From contig NC_091481.1 of assembly GCF_036971445.1 (NCBI RefSeq), positions 83,204,001 to 83,268,000 on the forward strand: DNA of 64,000 nt, in the 5' to 3' direction. A program made the translations under genes and the position numbers. Below, in pieces: positions 1 to 12,180 of the stretch. Source of the DNA: Narcine bancroftii (Eukaryota). Under the pieces are notes generated by a model. That model was given only the letters and a program-made list of their open reading frames with translations, was not told the origin of the DNA and did not search any database. The stretch's first letter is position 1; the number at the start of each line of letters is the position of its first letter.

Positions 1-74
1 GTGGTGGATAACACTATGAGCTAAGAAGGCCTTACTTTGAATACCAGTTTTGCAGGACTGCACTAAATCTTTAA

Positions 75-625
75 TAGAAGAACAGGAGCAGGAGTTGGCC
101 ATCTGGCCCGTCGAGCCTACTCCACCACTCCCAAGATCGTGGCTGATCTGGGCGTGGACTCAGCTCCACCTACCTGCTTATTCCTCATGATTCTTAATTC
201 CCCTATTATTCAAATTTCTGTGACTTAAATACATTCAACGAGACAACTTTCCCTACTTTCTTGGGCAGTGAGTTCCAGATTCATTACTCTCTGGGTGAAG
301 CAGTTCTTTCTCATTGCTGTCCGAATCTTGAGGCTTGTGTCCCCTCGTTCTTGTCTCAGGACCAGCGGAAATACCCAATTGAGCAATGCCCCAGGCTACT
401 CGATCTCTCCTTGTAAGGTAACCCCTTCATTTCCAGAATCAACCTGATGAACCTCCTCTGCACCACCTCCAAACTTCATATATCCTTTCTCAGGGCAGGA
501 GACCAGAGCTGCGCACAGTACTCCACGTGTGGCCTCACCAGTAGTCTGTATAGTTGCAGAACCTCCCTGCTCTTAAGATCAATCCCTCCAGTGATGAAGG
601 CCAACATCCCATTTGCCTTCTTGGC
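75..625 (-). mobile_element. CR1-type LINE 3' fragment, degraded
   Basis: Reverse strand shows CR1 ORF2 C-terminal remnants (LVRPHVEYCAQLWSP) and the CR1 3' tail seen in other copies in this window. Confidence 0.7.
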
Positions 626-904
626 TCTGCAGAGCTTGATAGGAGCCCATGGACCCGTAGGTCACTAAACCTGGGTTTGGCAAAAAACTAATTGGAACTG
701 GGAGTTTCCCCATATCTGTCTGGAGAACAGGAAAGTGGACAATGTTGTAACAACTGAACAATGTACCCTGAAGGAACCTCAGGATACTATTCTTCATTCC
801 TCTCTTACCCACCTACATTTCCCCTGAATACAATCAGTGCTAACCATCTGGCCACAGATTATTTTAAACAACTGTTTAATTAATTGTACATCTCATGGCT
901 GCCT

Positions 905-1225
905 CCAAGATGGGTCTGTTTCACAAGATAAGATAGAGGTAGGTACAGTAAGTTGTTTCCATTGGTGGGGGAGACTAGAACTAGGGTACTAGATTTAGGA
1001 CAGAGATGAGAAGGAACTGCTTTTCTCAGAGGGTACTGAATCTGCTGCCCATTGAACCAGCGGAAGTTGGATATATTTTTACCTGTAGGGAATTAAGGGA
1101 TATGGAGAAAAGGCAGGGTAGGTGGAAATGAGCCTATCATCAGATCAGCCATGATCTCATTGAATGGCAAAGCAGGCTTGATGGGCCAGATGGACGACTC
1201 CCACTCCTATTTCCTGTGTTCTTAT
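905..1225 (+). mobile_element. CR1-type LINE 3' end
   Basis: gagatgagaaggaactgcttttctcagagggt ... gatcagccatgatctcattgaatggc tail, shared with the copies near 6200 and 59875. Confidence 0.7.
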
Positions 1226-1300
1226 TAGCTTTGGACACCCACTAAAAACTGCTCTCAAACAATCCTCGAGAGACATAACAGCACAACCATGTTTTACTCA

Positions 1301-1426
<126 letters not shown>

Positions 1427-1759
1427 TCAGAATTTATTCTGATGAACATGTCACAAAGTTTGTTGTTTTGCATTACAGGGCAAATATAATAAAACCCCTG
1501 GTATCCGGCACCTATGGGGATTAAGGCTCTCTGCCGTCTGAATATTTGCTCTCATTTTCATCAAAGATTTGTGTTACTTCAGGAAACATTTACTTTTACA
1601 ATATTAAACGTGTATTTTTTTAGCTGTTATTTTATTCTTACTTATTTTAACTGATTTCCTTAACTTATTTTCTTAATTCTTCGTTCATCGCTTTTATGCC
1701 AATTTGGTGCCAATTTAATACTTTATTTTGAACATTATATTTTATCCTCATTTTCCTTT

Positions 1760-2385
1760 GTTTTTGAAGACTTTATTTAAAATTTTATAACATGAATACA
1801 ATAGAGAATTACATTTAAAGAAAAATAGAAAAAAATTAAAAAAGGTATGATTACAATATTACATCAAAAAACTACACAAAATAACCCCCCCCCGTTAATT
1901 GTAACACAATATTAGTAATCTAACTTAAAATTAGTCCAACCCTCCCCCCCAAAAACAAAGAGTGAAGAGTTAATAAAATTGACAATATTATATATGGAAA
2001 AAAATACCCACTTACAAAAAAAAGATAAAACTTAACCTAAAAAAAATTCTAACAACAAAAAAAATTGTCAATACTAAAATATCACACATAAACATATATT
2101 TAAATCAAACTTAAATGCATATAATTAGCAAACGGAGTCCACTTTAACTTATAAAAAGACATCTTATCCTGAATTGAAAAAGATATCCTTTCCATAGTCA
2201 AACAAAATTTCATTTCCAAATACCACTTATCTAAAGTTAATATATTTTTATCTTTCCAAGTAAGTGCTATACATTTCTTAGCCACAACTAAAGCTAAATA
2301 GATAAATGAAATCTGATAATCCTCTAAACCTAAATCAATTAATGATTGCATGTTCCCTAATAAAAATATATCAGGATCTAGCTCA
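1760..2385 (-). mobile_element. L1/Tx1-clade LINE 3' fragment (ORF2 C-terminus, 3' UTR, A-rich tail)
   Basis: ORF 2100-2351 ALVVAKKCIALTWK...KWYLEMKFCLTMERI resembles the ORF2 end of the 7845 and 29290 copies. Confidence 0.75.
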
Positions 2386-2644
2386 TTTTCCTTTGTAAAC
2401 TGACTAGTGTTATAAAAGAATTACAAAGAGAACCTCTTGAAACAGATCAGGTGATTTGCACATTAACAGCACAGAGGGGCAGATCGAATTCCTCACCCCT
2501 TCGTTACCCTCTGCCCTTTAGCCCCTGAACATCACAGCAAGGCAAGTCCAATTCACACCCATTCAGACTTCCAGTAAAGACAAATGGATCAGTACCAACC
2601 ACTGACTAGTCATTCCTGGGCCAGAATTACAGCAGATCACCTAC

Positions 2645-2711
2645 CTTTTCGAACTGGACGGCGCTTGAATTTCTTCCTCGAGTAATTTCTCATCTGCGAT
2701 GTCGAGGATTA
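2645..2711 (-). CDS. PAF1: PAF1 coding exon 5 ([23 protein letters not shown])
   Basis: 67 nt; ctctccgcag acceptor, GTAGGT donor; matches PAF1 [23 protein letters not shown]. Confidence 0.95.
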
Positions 2712-2811
2712 CTGCGGAGAGAAGGCAACAAAATCAGAGGGCATCGCATTTCTTTGCCAGTTGCAAGAAGGCAAGATTGTTGACAATAATAAAGCTGTAC
2801 CTTCTTATAAT

Positions 2812-3322
2812 TCAGTAAAATCCCCAGTATCCGGCATCTATGGGGATTGGTAAATGCTGGATGTGAATTTCCCGGTTGCATGAGATTGTGTGTTGTGTGA
2901 TTGGCAAAACAGAGCACTAGGGGGCAGCAATTTTAAACTTTTTTTTAACCGTCTGCAGGCGCGCGTGTGTGTGCGTGCGTGTAAATTTCCCTGATAACCC
3001 CATTTTACAAGGCCATTTCAAGGGGCCTAGTGTGGCTCAGTCAACAACTGGAAAGTTTGAACGTGCCACATCTACAATTCCTGTAGGTGCGGATAATGGA
3101 GATTCTAATGCTTATGTTTTATATATATACACAGTGAAACCCCTTATGAGGATAGGTAGATGCCAGATAAGTGAATTTTCCAGTTGCTTAAGACTGCGTA
3201 TTGTGTGATTGGTGAACTAACGGAGAGTTGTGCAATTTTAAACTTGCATATATTGTACGCATTTAACGCAACTTTTTTTTCTGTCAGTTGCTTGAATTCT
3301 GGATAACAGGGTTTTAACTGTA
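2812..3322. mobile_element. Two adjacent non-autonomous Tc1/mariner-like (Tigger-type) elements
   Basis: Termini CAGTAAAA(T/C)CCC..GTATCCGG and GGATAACAGGGTTTTAACTG-TA; the same family ends occur at about 1490 and 44050-44757. Confidence 0.6.
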
Positions 3323-3479
3323 AATAAAATTTAGATTAGGAAATTAAAAAGCAAAATCTTCAAATGTGCAGACAACTGCATGAGATTGTTAGCTGTGAGG
3401 AAGTTTCCAAAGTGATGTAGACTGGGCAAATGGGAGAGGCAGTAAACCGCGAGGTTATCCACTTTGGGATGGGTCTTAC

Positions 3480-3601
3480 CATTGTTATCGATCCTGTACG
3501 TATCTGGATTGATGAGGTCAATGACTACTCCAAGATCTGGCTCCGTTAACAGTTCATGTTTATGCTGTTTTTCAAGAGAGGTAGCTTTATACTGTACAAA
3601 T
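3480..3601 (-). CDS. PAF1: PAF1 coding exon 4 ([41 protein letters not shown])
   Basis: 122 nt; tttcccag acceptor, GTAAGA donor; near-identical to recalled vertebrate PAF1. Confidence 0.97.
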
Positions 3602-3819
3602 CTGGGAAATACATTGGAAAAATATTCAGTGTCGTCATGGTAAAACACTGTATATTGCAGAAGGGGAACAGATCAGCCCAGGATGATCTACAATTAATCC
3701 TTTTATTCCTATCCCTTTCCTTCCTCATTTATATCGCTGAAATATGGCCAATTGCATGGACGGAGAACCATTCCTCCAACCAATCATGGCTGTGTCTGAG
3801 AGCGGTCCTGTACTGAAGC

Positions 3820-4145
3820 AAGGCTTGAGTACCAGGAAAGAGGTGTCGGTGCCACAAGACTTGGACCACCAGGTTCAGGAACAGCTGCTCCCCCTCCACC
3901 ATCAGACTCCTCAACATCAAACTCAATCAGGGACTCCTACTTTTGCCATTTATTGATTTTCTTTTTGTTCTCTCTGTATTGCACCGTTTCTTTACATGCA
4001 TTATCTGTTTACAGTTCGTTTGTTTACATGTTTACACTGTGTAGTTTTTTTTGCCCTACCAATTAGTCGTAATTCTCACGCGCTTGCGGGAAAAAGGGCT
4101 GTATGTGATGTCATGTCCAGTATGTACCCTGACAATAAATCTGAA
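3820..4145 (+). mobile_element. Rex1/Babar-type LINE 3' fragment
   Basis: accaccaggttcaggaacagctgctccccctccaccatcagactcctcaac (TTRFRNSCSPSTIRLLN), then 3' UTR ending gacaataaatctgaa; many copies in window. Confidence 0.75.
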
Positions 4146-4469
4146 ATCGGAGAAAGGAGTGCAGTTTTGGGCTCCCCTCAAGTTGCTGATGGGCCAAACT
4201 CCCTCGTTCAGCTCAGACAGAACAGTTTAAAATGCCAATATTGATGTCAGCATCAAGTGATAGTTTACTGGTGAAGTTAAAGCCTAGATACATGGGGTAG
4301 TCAACAACCTACATTAACAATGCTAAATGAGGATAGCATAGGCTGAACTTCAAGCCATGACATTTATCTTTCTAACGTCACATGAACCACAGCTCAGATA
4401 TGGCAAATGATGAAAAGGAGGAGATAAGGCGGAAGAGTGAAAAACCTGAAGTGCAACAGAAATAACCTG

Positions 4470-4809
<340 letters not shown>

Positions 4810-5117
4810 TCAGTCATGGGAAACATAAAGCCAACTCCAAAACTCCAAGAGGCTGGGGTCTCATGAAAAAAAACATTCATATGCAGCCAGTGGTTGGAAT
4901 AAGGAATCGACTGCCTGCAGCATGGTGGAGTCCGATTCTAAGGTAGCCTTCAAACACGATGGAAAAGATTTTGCAAGGCGACATTGAAAGGGCTGGGAGA
5001 TACAACTCAGGTTGCTCTGGTGGAGCGCTGAGGCAACACGATGGGCTGAATGGCATCGTCCTGTGCTACAACTGTTTCAGGATTTCTTCCTTCCTGCATT
5101 TATCCAGCTTTGCAGAA

Positions 5118-6192
5118 ATGTAGGTGATGCCGGTAGAGGACCCATGATTCGGAGCCAAACAGGAGTGTGGGTATGACAACGGCTCTGTATACGCTAATCT
5201 TTGTGAGGTTTTTCAGTTGGTTGTTTTTCCAGACTCTTTTGTGTAGTCTTCCAAAGGCGCTATTTGCCTTGGCGAGTCTGTTGTCTATCTCGTTGTCGAT
5301 CCTTGCATCCGATGAAATGGTGCAGCCGAGATAGGTAAATTGGTTGACCGTTTTGAGTTTTGTGTGCCCGATGGAGATGTGGGGGGGCTGGTAGTCATGG
5401 TGGGGAGCTGGCTGATGGAGGACCTCAGTTTTCTTCAGGCTGACTTCCAGGCCAAACATTTTGGCAGTTTCCGCAAAACAGGACGTCAAGCGCTGAAGAG
5501 CTGGCTCTGAATGGGCAACTAAAGCGGCATCGTCTACAAAGAGTAGTTCACGGACGAGTTGCTCTTGTGTCTTGGTGTGAGCTTGCAGGCGCCTCAGATT
5601 GAAGAGACTGCCATCCGTGCGGTACCGGATGTAAACAGCGTCTTCATTGTCGAGGTCTTTCATGGCTTGTTTCAGCATCATGCTGAAGAAGATTGAAAAG
5701 AGGGTTGGTGCGAGAACGCTGCCTTGCTTCACGCCATCGTTAATGGAGAAGGGTTCAGAGAACTCATTGCTGTATCTGACCCGACCTTGTTGGTTTTCAT
5801 GCAGTTGGATAACCATGTTGAGGAACTTTGGGGGGCATCCGAGGCACTCTAGTATTTGCCAAAGCCCTTTCCTACTCACGGTGTCGAAGGCTTTGGATAA
5901 CCATGTTGAGGAACTTTGGGGGGCATCCGAGGCACTCTAGTATTTGCCAAAGCCCTTTCCTACTCACGGTGTCAAAGGCTTTGGATAACCATGTTGAGGA
6001 ACTTGGGGGGGCAATCCGAGGCACTCTAGTATTTGCCAAAGCCCTTTCCTACTCACGGTGTCGAAGGCTTTGGTGAGGTCAACAAAGGTGATGTAGAGTC
6101 CTTTGTTTTGTTCTCTGCACTTTTCTTGGAGCTGTCTGAGGGCAAAGACCATGTCAGTAGTTCCTCTGTTTGCACGAAAGCCGCACTGTGAT
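5118..6192 (-). mobile_element. RTE-clade LINE reverse-transcriptase fragment with internal 88-bp triplication
   Basis: FVDLTKAFDTVSR, GVKQGSVLAPTLF, ELLFVDDAAL, FTYLG motifs (ORFs 5100-5879 and 5964-6152). Confidence 0.9.
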
Positions 6193-6199
6193 TACAAAT

Positions 6200-6545
6200 A
6201 AAATATAAAATTCTGGCAGGACTGGACAGAATGGATGCAGATGGGATGTTTCCAAGGATGGGAAAATCCAGAACCCGGGGCCATGGTTTGAGGATAATAG
6301 GCAAACCATTTAGGACCGAGATGAGGAGGAATTTCTTGACCCAGAGGGTGGTGAATCTGTGGAATTCATGGCCACAGAGGGCAGTAGAGGCAGGTTCGTT
6401 AAATCTATTTAAAATGGAATTAGATCTATTTCTTCAGTATAAGGGTATTAAAGGTTACGGAGAGAAGGCGGGGACGGGGTACTGAACTTTAAGATCAGCC
6501 ATGATCTCGTTGAATGGCGGAGAAGGGTCGAATGACTCTTCCTTC
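6200..6545 (+). mobile_element. CR1-type LINE 3' end
   Basis: ORF 6231-6485 RTRGHGLRI...RRNFLTQRVVNLWN is the CR1 ORF2 C-terminus. Confidence 0.85.
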
Positions 6546-7076
6546 CTCATTATCCTCCATTTTAATTTCATCCGCGTGTCTAAGAGTCTTTTAAATGCCC
6601 CTAATGGTTCACCTCAGTGTTGATGCATATCCCTCGGTTCTCTTGCTATCCAAATATCTGTGCAAGTCTGAGAAAGAAAACTGAACCGCGCCTACTAAAC
6701 TTCGTAGCCGAGCCGACCTTAAATATGCTCAGAAAACTTACCATAATCTACAGCAGGGAAAAATCATGTAACACAAAGCCAAATTTTTTTTAAAAAAAAG
6801 CTTTCATGTGATTGCTGCAGTGACCGCGATCCTGGTTGAGTGGATGGTGTAGCTCACTGCCATCGCCCAGCATTGGGAGAGAACATCATACCGCATATCG
6901 CAAGCGCTGGAACAGATCGAAATTCATAATCCCAAGTACGGATTCTACCCAATGCGATTCGCTATCGTACCATCGTAACTTTGGGAAAATCGTAGGCAGA
7001 GGAGCACCTGCATACGTAAACGTGCACAGCCCTGTTCGGCAAGCGAAAATGTCATGGTTTGCGCTGCATCACTTAC

Positions 7077-7106
7077 CTCTCAGGTGCCGCCCTGTGTGCA
7101 TTGGAC
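7077..7106 (-). CDS. PAF1: PAF1 coding exon 2, 30-nt micro-exon (R-SNAHRAAPE-R)
   Basis: tgttttgtttcag|GTCCAATGCACACAGGGCGGCACCTGAGAG|gtaagt; phase fits exons 1 and 3; corresponds to human PNSHRTLPER. Confidence 0.9.
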
Positions 7107-7229
7107 CTGAAACAAAACAGTGAGGAGGAATGAGCTTCAGCTTAGAACAAATCTTCAGTTTGCACCAATGAAAGGACAGCGGCATAGTCGTTCAATCTTA
7201 TCACTCACTCAGATTTGCCTATAATGAAC

Positions 7230-7735
7230 AATGAACATTCCAGCACAGTACAGGCCTTTCAGCCCATGGTGTTGTGCTGACCTATATAAACCTACTCGAC
7301 AATCTAAACCTCCCCTCCCTCATACCCATTACCCTTTATTTGTCTTGCATCCATGTAACTGTCTAAGAGTCTTTTAAATGTCCCTATTGTTTTAGCCTCC
7401 ACCACTACCCTGGCAATGCATTCCAGGCACCCACAACTCTGTAAAAAAAAACTGATGTCTCCCCGAAACTTTCCACCCCTCGCCTCATACAGATGTCCTC
7501 TGGTACTTGCTACTGTTACCCCAAGTAAAAGGTGCTGGCTGTCCACCCTATCCATGTCTCTCAGAAGCTTGGAGACCTCTATTAAGGCACCTCTCATCCT
7601 TCTTCGTTCTGAAGAAATCCCTAGCTCTGTTTTAACATTGCCTCATAAGATACATTCTCCAATTCACGAAACATCCTGGTCAATTTCCTTTGCACCTTTT
7701 CTCCAAAACTTCCACAGCTTTCCTGTAAAGGGGTG
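7230..7735 (-). mobile_element. CR1-type LINE 3' fragment
   Basis: ORF 7304-7597 MRGALIEVSK...TRGH. Confidence 0.8.
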
Positions 7736-7844
7736 AAAGTTGAAAACAGAGAATAAGGCATAAATGATTTTACCCTGAGTTTAATCCCCTATTAAATAAA
7801 ATTGTGGCTGACTTGTGACCTAACTCAGTGTTCTTCTTCCTGAA

Positions 7845-8990
7845 AATCCTTAAATATGTATAGTTATAGATTATTATCATTTGAACAAATGAAGTGCAAA
7901 TATGGTATAACTCACGGTACAATGTTTGCATACCACCAACTGAAAACCTACTTGAAGGACAAATTGGGGAGCAGGTTGAGGTTACCAGAAGGAAGCAGCT
8001 TTGAATATGTGATAACAGACACAATGATAATTAAAAGATTTATTACAAACATGTACATCAAACTGCAAGAGAAAGAGAACGAGGAAACAAGCTGTAAACC
8101 CAAACAAAAATGGGAACAAGATCTAAACATAAAGATAAAGAATGAAACTTGGGAAAAGCTATGCTCCGGAACTATGAGAAATACAATAAACACGAGGTTA
8201 CGCATGATACAATATAATTGGTTACACAGGCTATACACCACGCCCCAAAAGTTAAATAAATGGGACCTAACAGTATCAGAGAGATGTTTTCGCTGTAAGA
8301 AGGAAAATGGAACAACAGTACATGCAATTTGGGCATGTGAGAAAGTGGAAAAGTTTTGGGAAGATCTAAATCAGGTATTAAATAAAATCACAAAAAATAA
8401 CATCCCAAAAAATCCAGAGATCTTTCTTCTAAGTAATATAAAAAGTAAAGAATTAGGCCTCAAACTGGATGAAGTGCAAAAAATATTTATTATGATAGCC
8501 TTAGCTGTAGCAAAAAAATGTATAATGTCAACCTGGAAATTAGAAGAGAGCCTGAGAGTACAGCAATGGTACATGGAAATGAATAAATGTATTCCATTGG
8601 AAAATAACATATAATTTAAGAAATAACATCACAGTATTCGAACAAATTTGGGAACCGTACATGGAACACAACAGAGAGGGCCTACCACAGACCTCTACCC
8701 CCTAAAATGACAGAAGGAGAAGACGAAATGAACTGACCCAGTGCGTAAAAGTAGATGACACAAATTTCTTGTTTATTTTCATTGTGTGATGACATTGTTT
8801 AATGGGTTTAATGTATCATATATGTTGAACGTTTAGTGGGTGGGGAGGGGGGGGGTGAAGGAGGGAGGAAAGAGAGGGGGGGAAAGAGGAGAAAATGACA
8901 CTGTGTATATTCAAGAGGGAAATGTTTGTGTGTATTTTGGTCAGTATGGTTCACAGTGTGAAAAATTAAAATTAAAATATGTATAGTTAA
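7845..8990 (+). mobile_element. L1/Tx1-clade LINE 3' fragment (ORF2 zinc-knuckle region plus 3' UTR)
   Basis: ORF 7856-8614 with CFRC...H..W.C motif; closely similar to the inverted copy at 29290-30400. Confidence 0.9.
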
Positions 8991-9099
8991 AAAAATGTAA
9001 ATTCACAATTAATTGAGTAACCACCGTGGTTTCAGGAATGAAGTTCCAAAATTCTACAATTCTTTGCATGCAGAATTGTTTACCAGACAATTTTGAAAT

Positions 9100-10012
9100 G
9101 AGTGGGAAGATGCTTCATACAGACAATTGAGGTGGGGATGGAGATGTTTCAGTCAGACAATTATGGAGGAAGAGGGCTGGAGATGTTTCACAGTCAAACA
9201 ATTGTGTGAGGGGGAGATGTTTAACACACAGACAATTTTGGAGAGAGAGAGATTAATGTGGGTGGGGGTAGATGTTTCACACCCAGAAATTTGAGAGGGG
9301 GGAAATGTTTGACCCAGAGATGATTTGGGGAGGGGGGGGGGGGGGGCGGGTTAGGAAAAATGTTTCATATCCAGATGACTGTGGGGTTGGAAGATGTTTC
9401 CCACTCAGACAATTGTTGTGGGGGGGGGGGGGAAATGTTCACACCCAGACACTGTGGGGGGGGGGGGGGGGGGGAGAAGTGTTCACACCCAGAGACTGTG
9501 GAGAGGGAGGGATGTTCACTCCCCAAGACTGTGGAAGTGGGGGGGGCGGGGGGGGGAGGAGAAAGACACCCCCAGAGACTGTGGAGGGGGGAACATCCCC
9601 CCCCAGAGACTGGGAGGGGAGAGGAGATATCCCCCAGAGACTGTGGAGGGGGGGAGATATCCCCAGAGACTGTGATGGGGGGGGGGAGAGAAACCACCAG
9701 ACTGTGGGAGGGGGGAACATCCCCCTACAGACTGTGATGGGGGGGGAACATCCCCCCAGAGACTGTGGAGGGGGGGGAGATACCCCCAGAGACTGTGGGA
9801 AGGGGGAGATAGCCCCAGAGACTGTGATGGGGGGGGAACCCCCAGAGACTGTGGAGGGGGGAGATACCCCCAGAGACTGTGGGAGGGGGGAGATACCCCC
9901 AGAGACTGTGGGAGGGGGGAGATACCCCCCCAGAGACTGTGGGAGGGGGGAGATACCCCCAGAGACTGTGATGGGGGGGGCACATCCCCCGGAGATAAAC
10001 CAGAGACTGTGA
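9100..10012. repeat. G-rich ~30-bp minisatellite (CCCAGAGACTGTGGGAGGGGGGAGATAC-like) in PAF1 intron 1
   Basis: Recurrent cagagactgtg units, degenerate at the left end and homogeneous at the right. Confidence 0.9.
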
Positions 10013-10138
10013 AGACGGGCGATCGGGAGGTGGGGAGACTGCTGATTGGAGTGTGAGGGGCGGAGGGGGGCGACCACCCAGGCCCCGCATCTGGGAAAGA
10101 CCGAGCCACGGTGAGTTTAATGCGAACCCCAGGCCTAC

Positions 10139-10182
10139 CTGTGGCCATCATCGCGCTGCGCGCTCTGTATTGTGGGCGCCAT
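10139..10182 (-). CDS. PAF1: PAF1 coding exon 1 (MAPTIQSAQRDDGHR)
   Basis: ATG at 10182 in strong Kozak context (GCCATGG), donor AG|GTAGGC; matches human MAPTIQTQAQREDGHR. Confidence 0.95.
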
Positions 10183-10228
10183 GGCACCGCGCCGCGCGTG
10201 GGATCCTGGGAGTGGAGAGGTGGGCGGC

Positions 10229-10255
10229 GAACTACAGGTCCCATAATGCCCCGCG
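10229..10255 (+). promoter_or_regulatory. ZNF143/THAP11 composite (SBS) motif in the PAF1 CpG promoter
   Basis: GAACTACAGGTCCCATAATGCCCCGCG fits ACTACAnnTCCCAnnATGC, about 50 nt upstream of the PAF1 ATG. Confidence 0.8.
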
Positions 10256-10324
10256 CCGCCCAGTCCGCCGCTCGCCTCCAGGTGAGTGACAACCGTCGCT
10301 GGAGCTGACTCCGCCTCCAGGAAC

Positions 10325-11180
10325 GGGGAGGGGGGGGGTGAATGAGGGAAGGGGGTGGGGAGATGAGGGATTTGGGGGATGAGGGAGGGATGATGGAGGG
10401 ATGATGGAGGAGTTTGGGGGATGAGGGAGAGGGTAGGAGGGATGAGGGAGCTGTGAGGGTTTGAAGGGATGGGGATGAGGGAGGGGTGGGGGCATGAGGG
10501 ATTGGGGATGAGGGAGGGATGATGGAGGAGTTTGGGGGATGAGGGAGAGGGTAGGAGGGATGAGGGAGCTGTGGGGGTTTGAAGGGGTTGGGGATGAGGG
10601 AGGGGTGGGGGCATGAGGGATTGGGGATGAGGGAGGGATGATGGAGGAGTTTGGGGGATGAGGGAGCTGTGGGGGTTTGAAGGGGTTGGGGATGAGGGAG
10701 GGGTGGGGAGATGAGGGATTGGGGATGAGGGAGGGATGATGGAGGAGTTTGGGGGATGAGGGAGAGGGTAGGAGGGATGAGGGAGCTGTGGGGGTTTGAA
10801 GGGGTTGGGGATGAGGGAGGGGTGGGGGCATGAGGGATTGGGGATGAGGGAGGGATGATGGAGGAGTTTGGGGGATGAGGGAGCTGTGGGGGTTTGAAGG
10901 GGTTGGGGATGAGGGAGGGGTGGGGAGATGAGGGATTGGGGATGAGGGAGGGATGATGGAGGAGTTTGGGGGATGAGGGAGAGGGTAGGAGGGATGAGGG
11001 AGCTGTGGGGGTTTGAAGGGATGGGGATGAGGGAGGAGAGGGGAGATGAGGGATTGGGGATGAGGGAGGGATGATGGAGGAGTTTGGGGGATGAGGGAGC
11101 TGTGGGGGTTTGAAGGGGTTGGGGATGAGGGAGGGGTGAGGGGATGGGGGCAGGGAATGAGAGGGGGATTGGGGAGGTGA
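10325..11180. repeat. Purine-rich higher-order repeat built on GGATGAGGGA
   Basis: Blocks such as gggggatgagggagctgtgggggtttgaaggggttggggatgagggagggg recur about 7 times. Confidence 0.9.
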
Positions 11181-11234
11181 GTGGTGCATAGGAGGATGGT
11201 GATCAATCTTTCAGCATCATCTGGCCATTGATCC

Positions 11235-12180
11235 GATTCAGATTTACTGTCAGAACACACATGATATCGCATATGGGCATGGCAGAATTGTCACTTATTG
11301 GTGGTGCAAAAATAATTGTACATCATGAACACATGTAATGAACTGTAAACAAACTGTGCAATGCAGAGAGAGAAAATATCAATAAAGTGCAAAGAGTTCT
11401 TAAATGACTCCCTGATTGAGTTTGTCATTGAGGAGTCTGATGGTGGAGGGGGGAACAGCGGTTCCTGAACCTGGTGGGTGCGAGTCTTGTGGCCCCGAGA
11501 CCTCTTTCCTGATGGCAGCAGCAAGAACAGAGCATGCGCTGATGATCCTTGATGATCGCTGCTGGAATTGGACATTTTGGCATCTGCAATTTGGTGCCGG
11601 ACATGCCATTTAATTAAATATAACGAATATAAGATTATTAATTTATTATTTTAAGTAAATATATTGGAATAACATCTCTGCACTCCCTTCACCCGCGGTG
11701 ACATCTCTGCATTCCCCTCTCCCCACAGTAACATTTGCTAATGTTAGCACCAAAATGTCCAACTCCAAACTGTGGGCGGCAAAATGTCCGGCGCCAAATT
11801 GCAGATGCCAAACTGTCCTGGTGCTCTCTTACGGCAGCCTTCACTGTGGATGTTCTCGATGGTGGGGAGGATTTTGTCTGTGATGTCCTAGGCTGTGTCC
11901 ATTACCTTTGGCAGAGCTTTCCGCGTTGGGCTATTGTTGTCCCCACATGAGACCGTGAACGAGCCGGCCACCAACCATCTGTAGAAATCTGCCAGGGTTT
12001 CCGATGTCATGCCAAACCTCCGCAAACTCCTGAGGCGCTGACGTGCTTTCTTCACGATGCCATTTATGTGTTGAGTCCAGGAAAGATCCTCCGAGATAGT
12101 GTCTCCCAAGCACTTAAATTTGCTCACCCTCTCCACCTTTGATCCCTTAATGATCACTGGATTGTTCATCTCTGGTCCTA
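11235..12180 (-). mobile_element. Rex1/Babar-type LINE fragments, interrupted
   Basis: ORF 11888-12184 VERVSKFKCLG.TISEDLSWTQH...KKARQRL and the HPPGSGTAVPPSTIRLLN 3' end. Confidence 0.75.

Noticed and set aside
7856-8614. 252-aa ORF as a host gene
   Set aside because: L1 ORF2 C-terminal fragment with a close inverted copy at about 29.3-30.4 kb
9272-11272. Long Pro/Gly/Ser-rich ORFs (up to 557 aa) around PAF1 exon 1
   Set aside because: Translations of G-rich tandem arrays; only 10139-10182 matches a real protein
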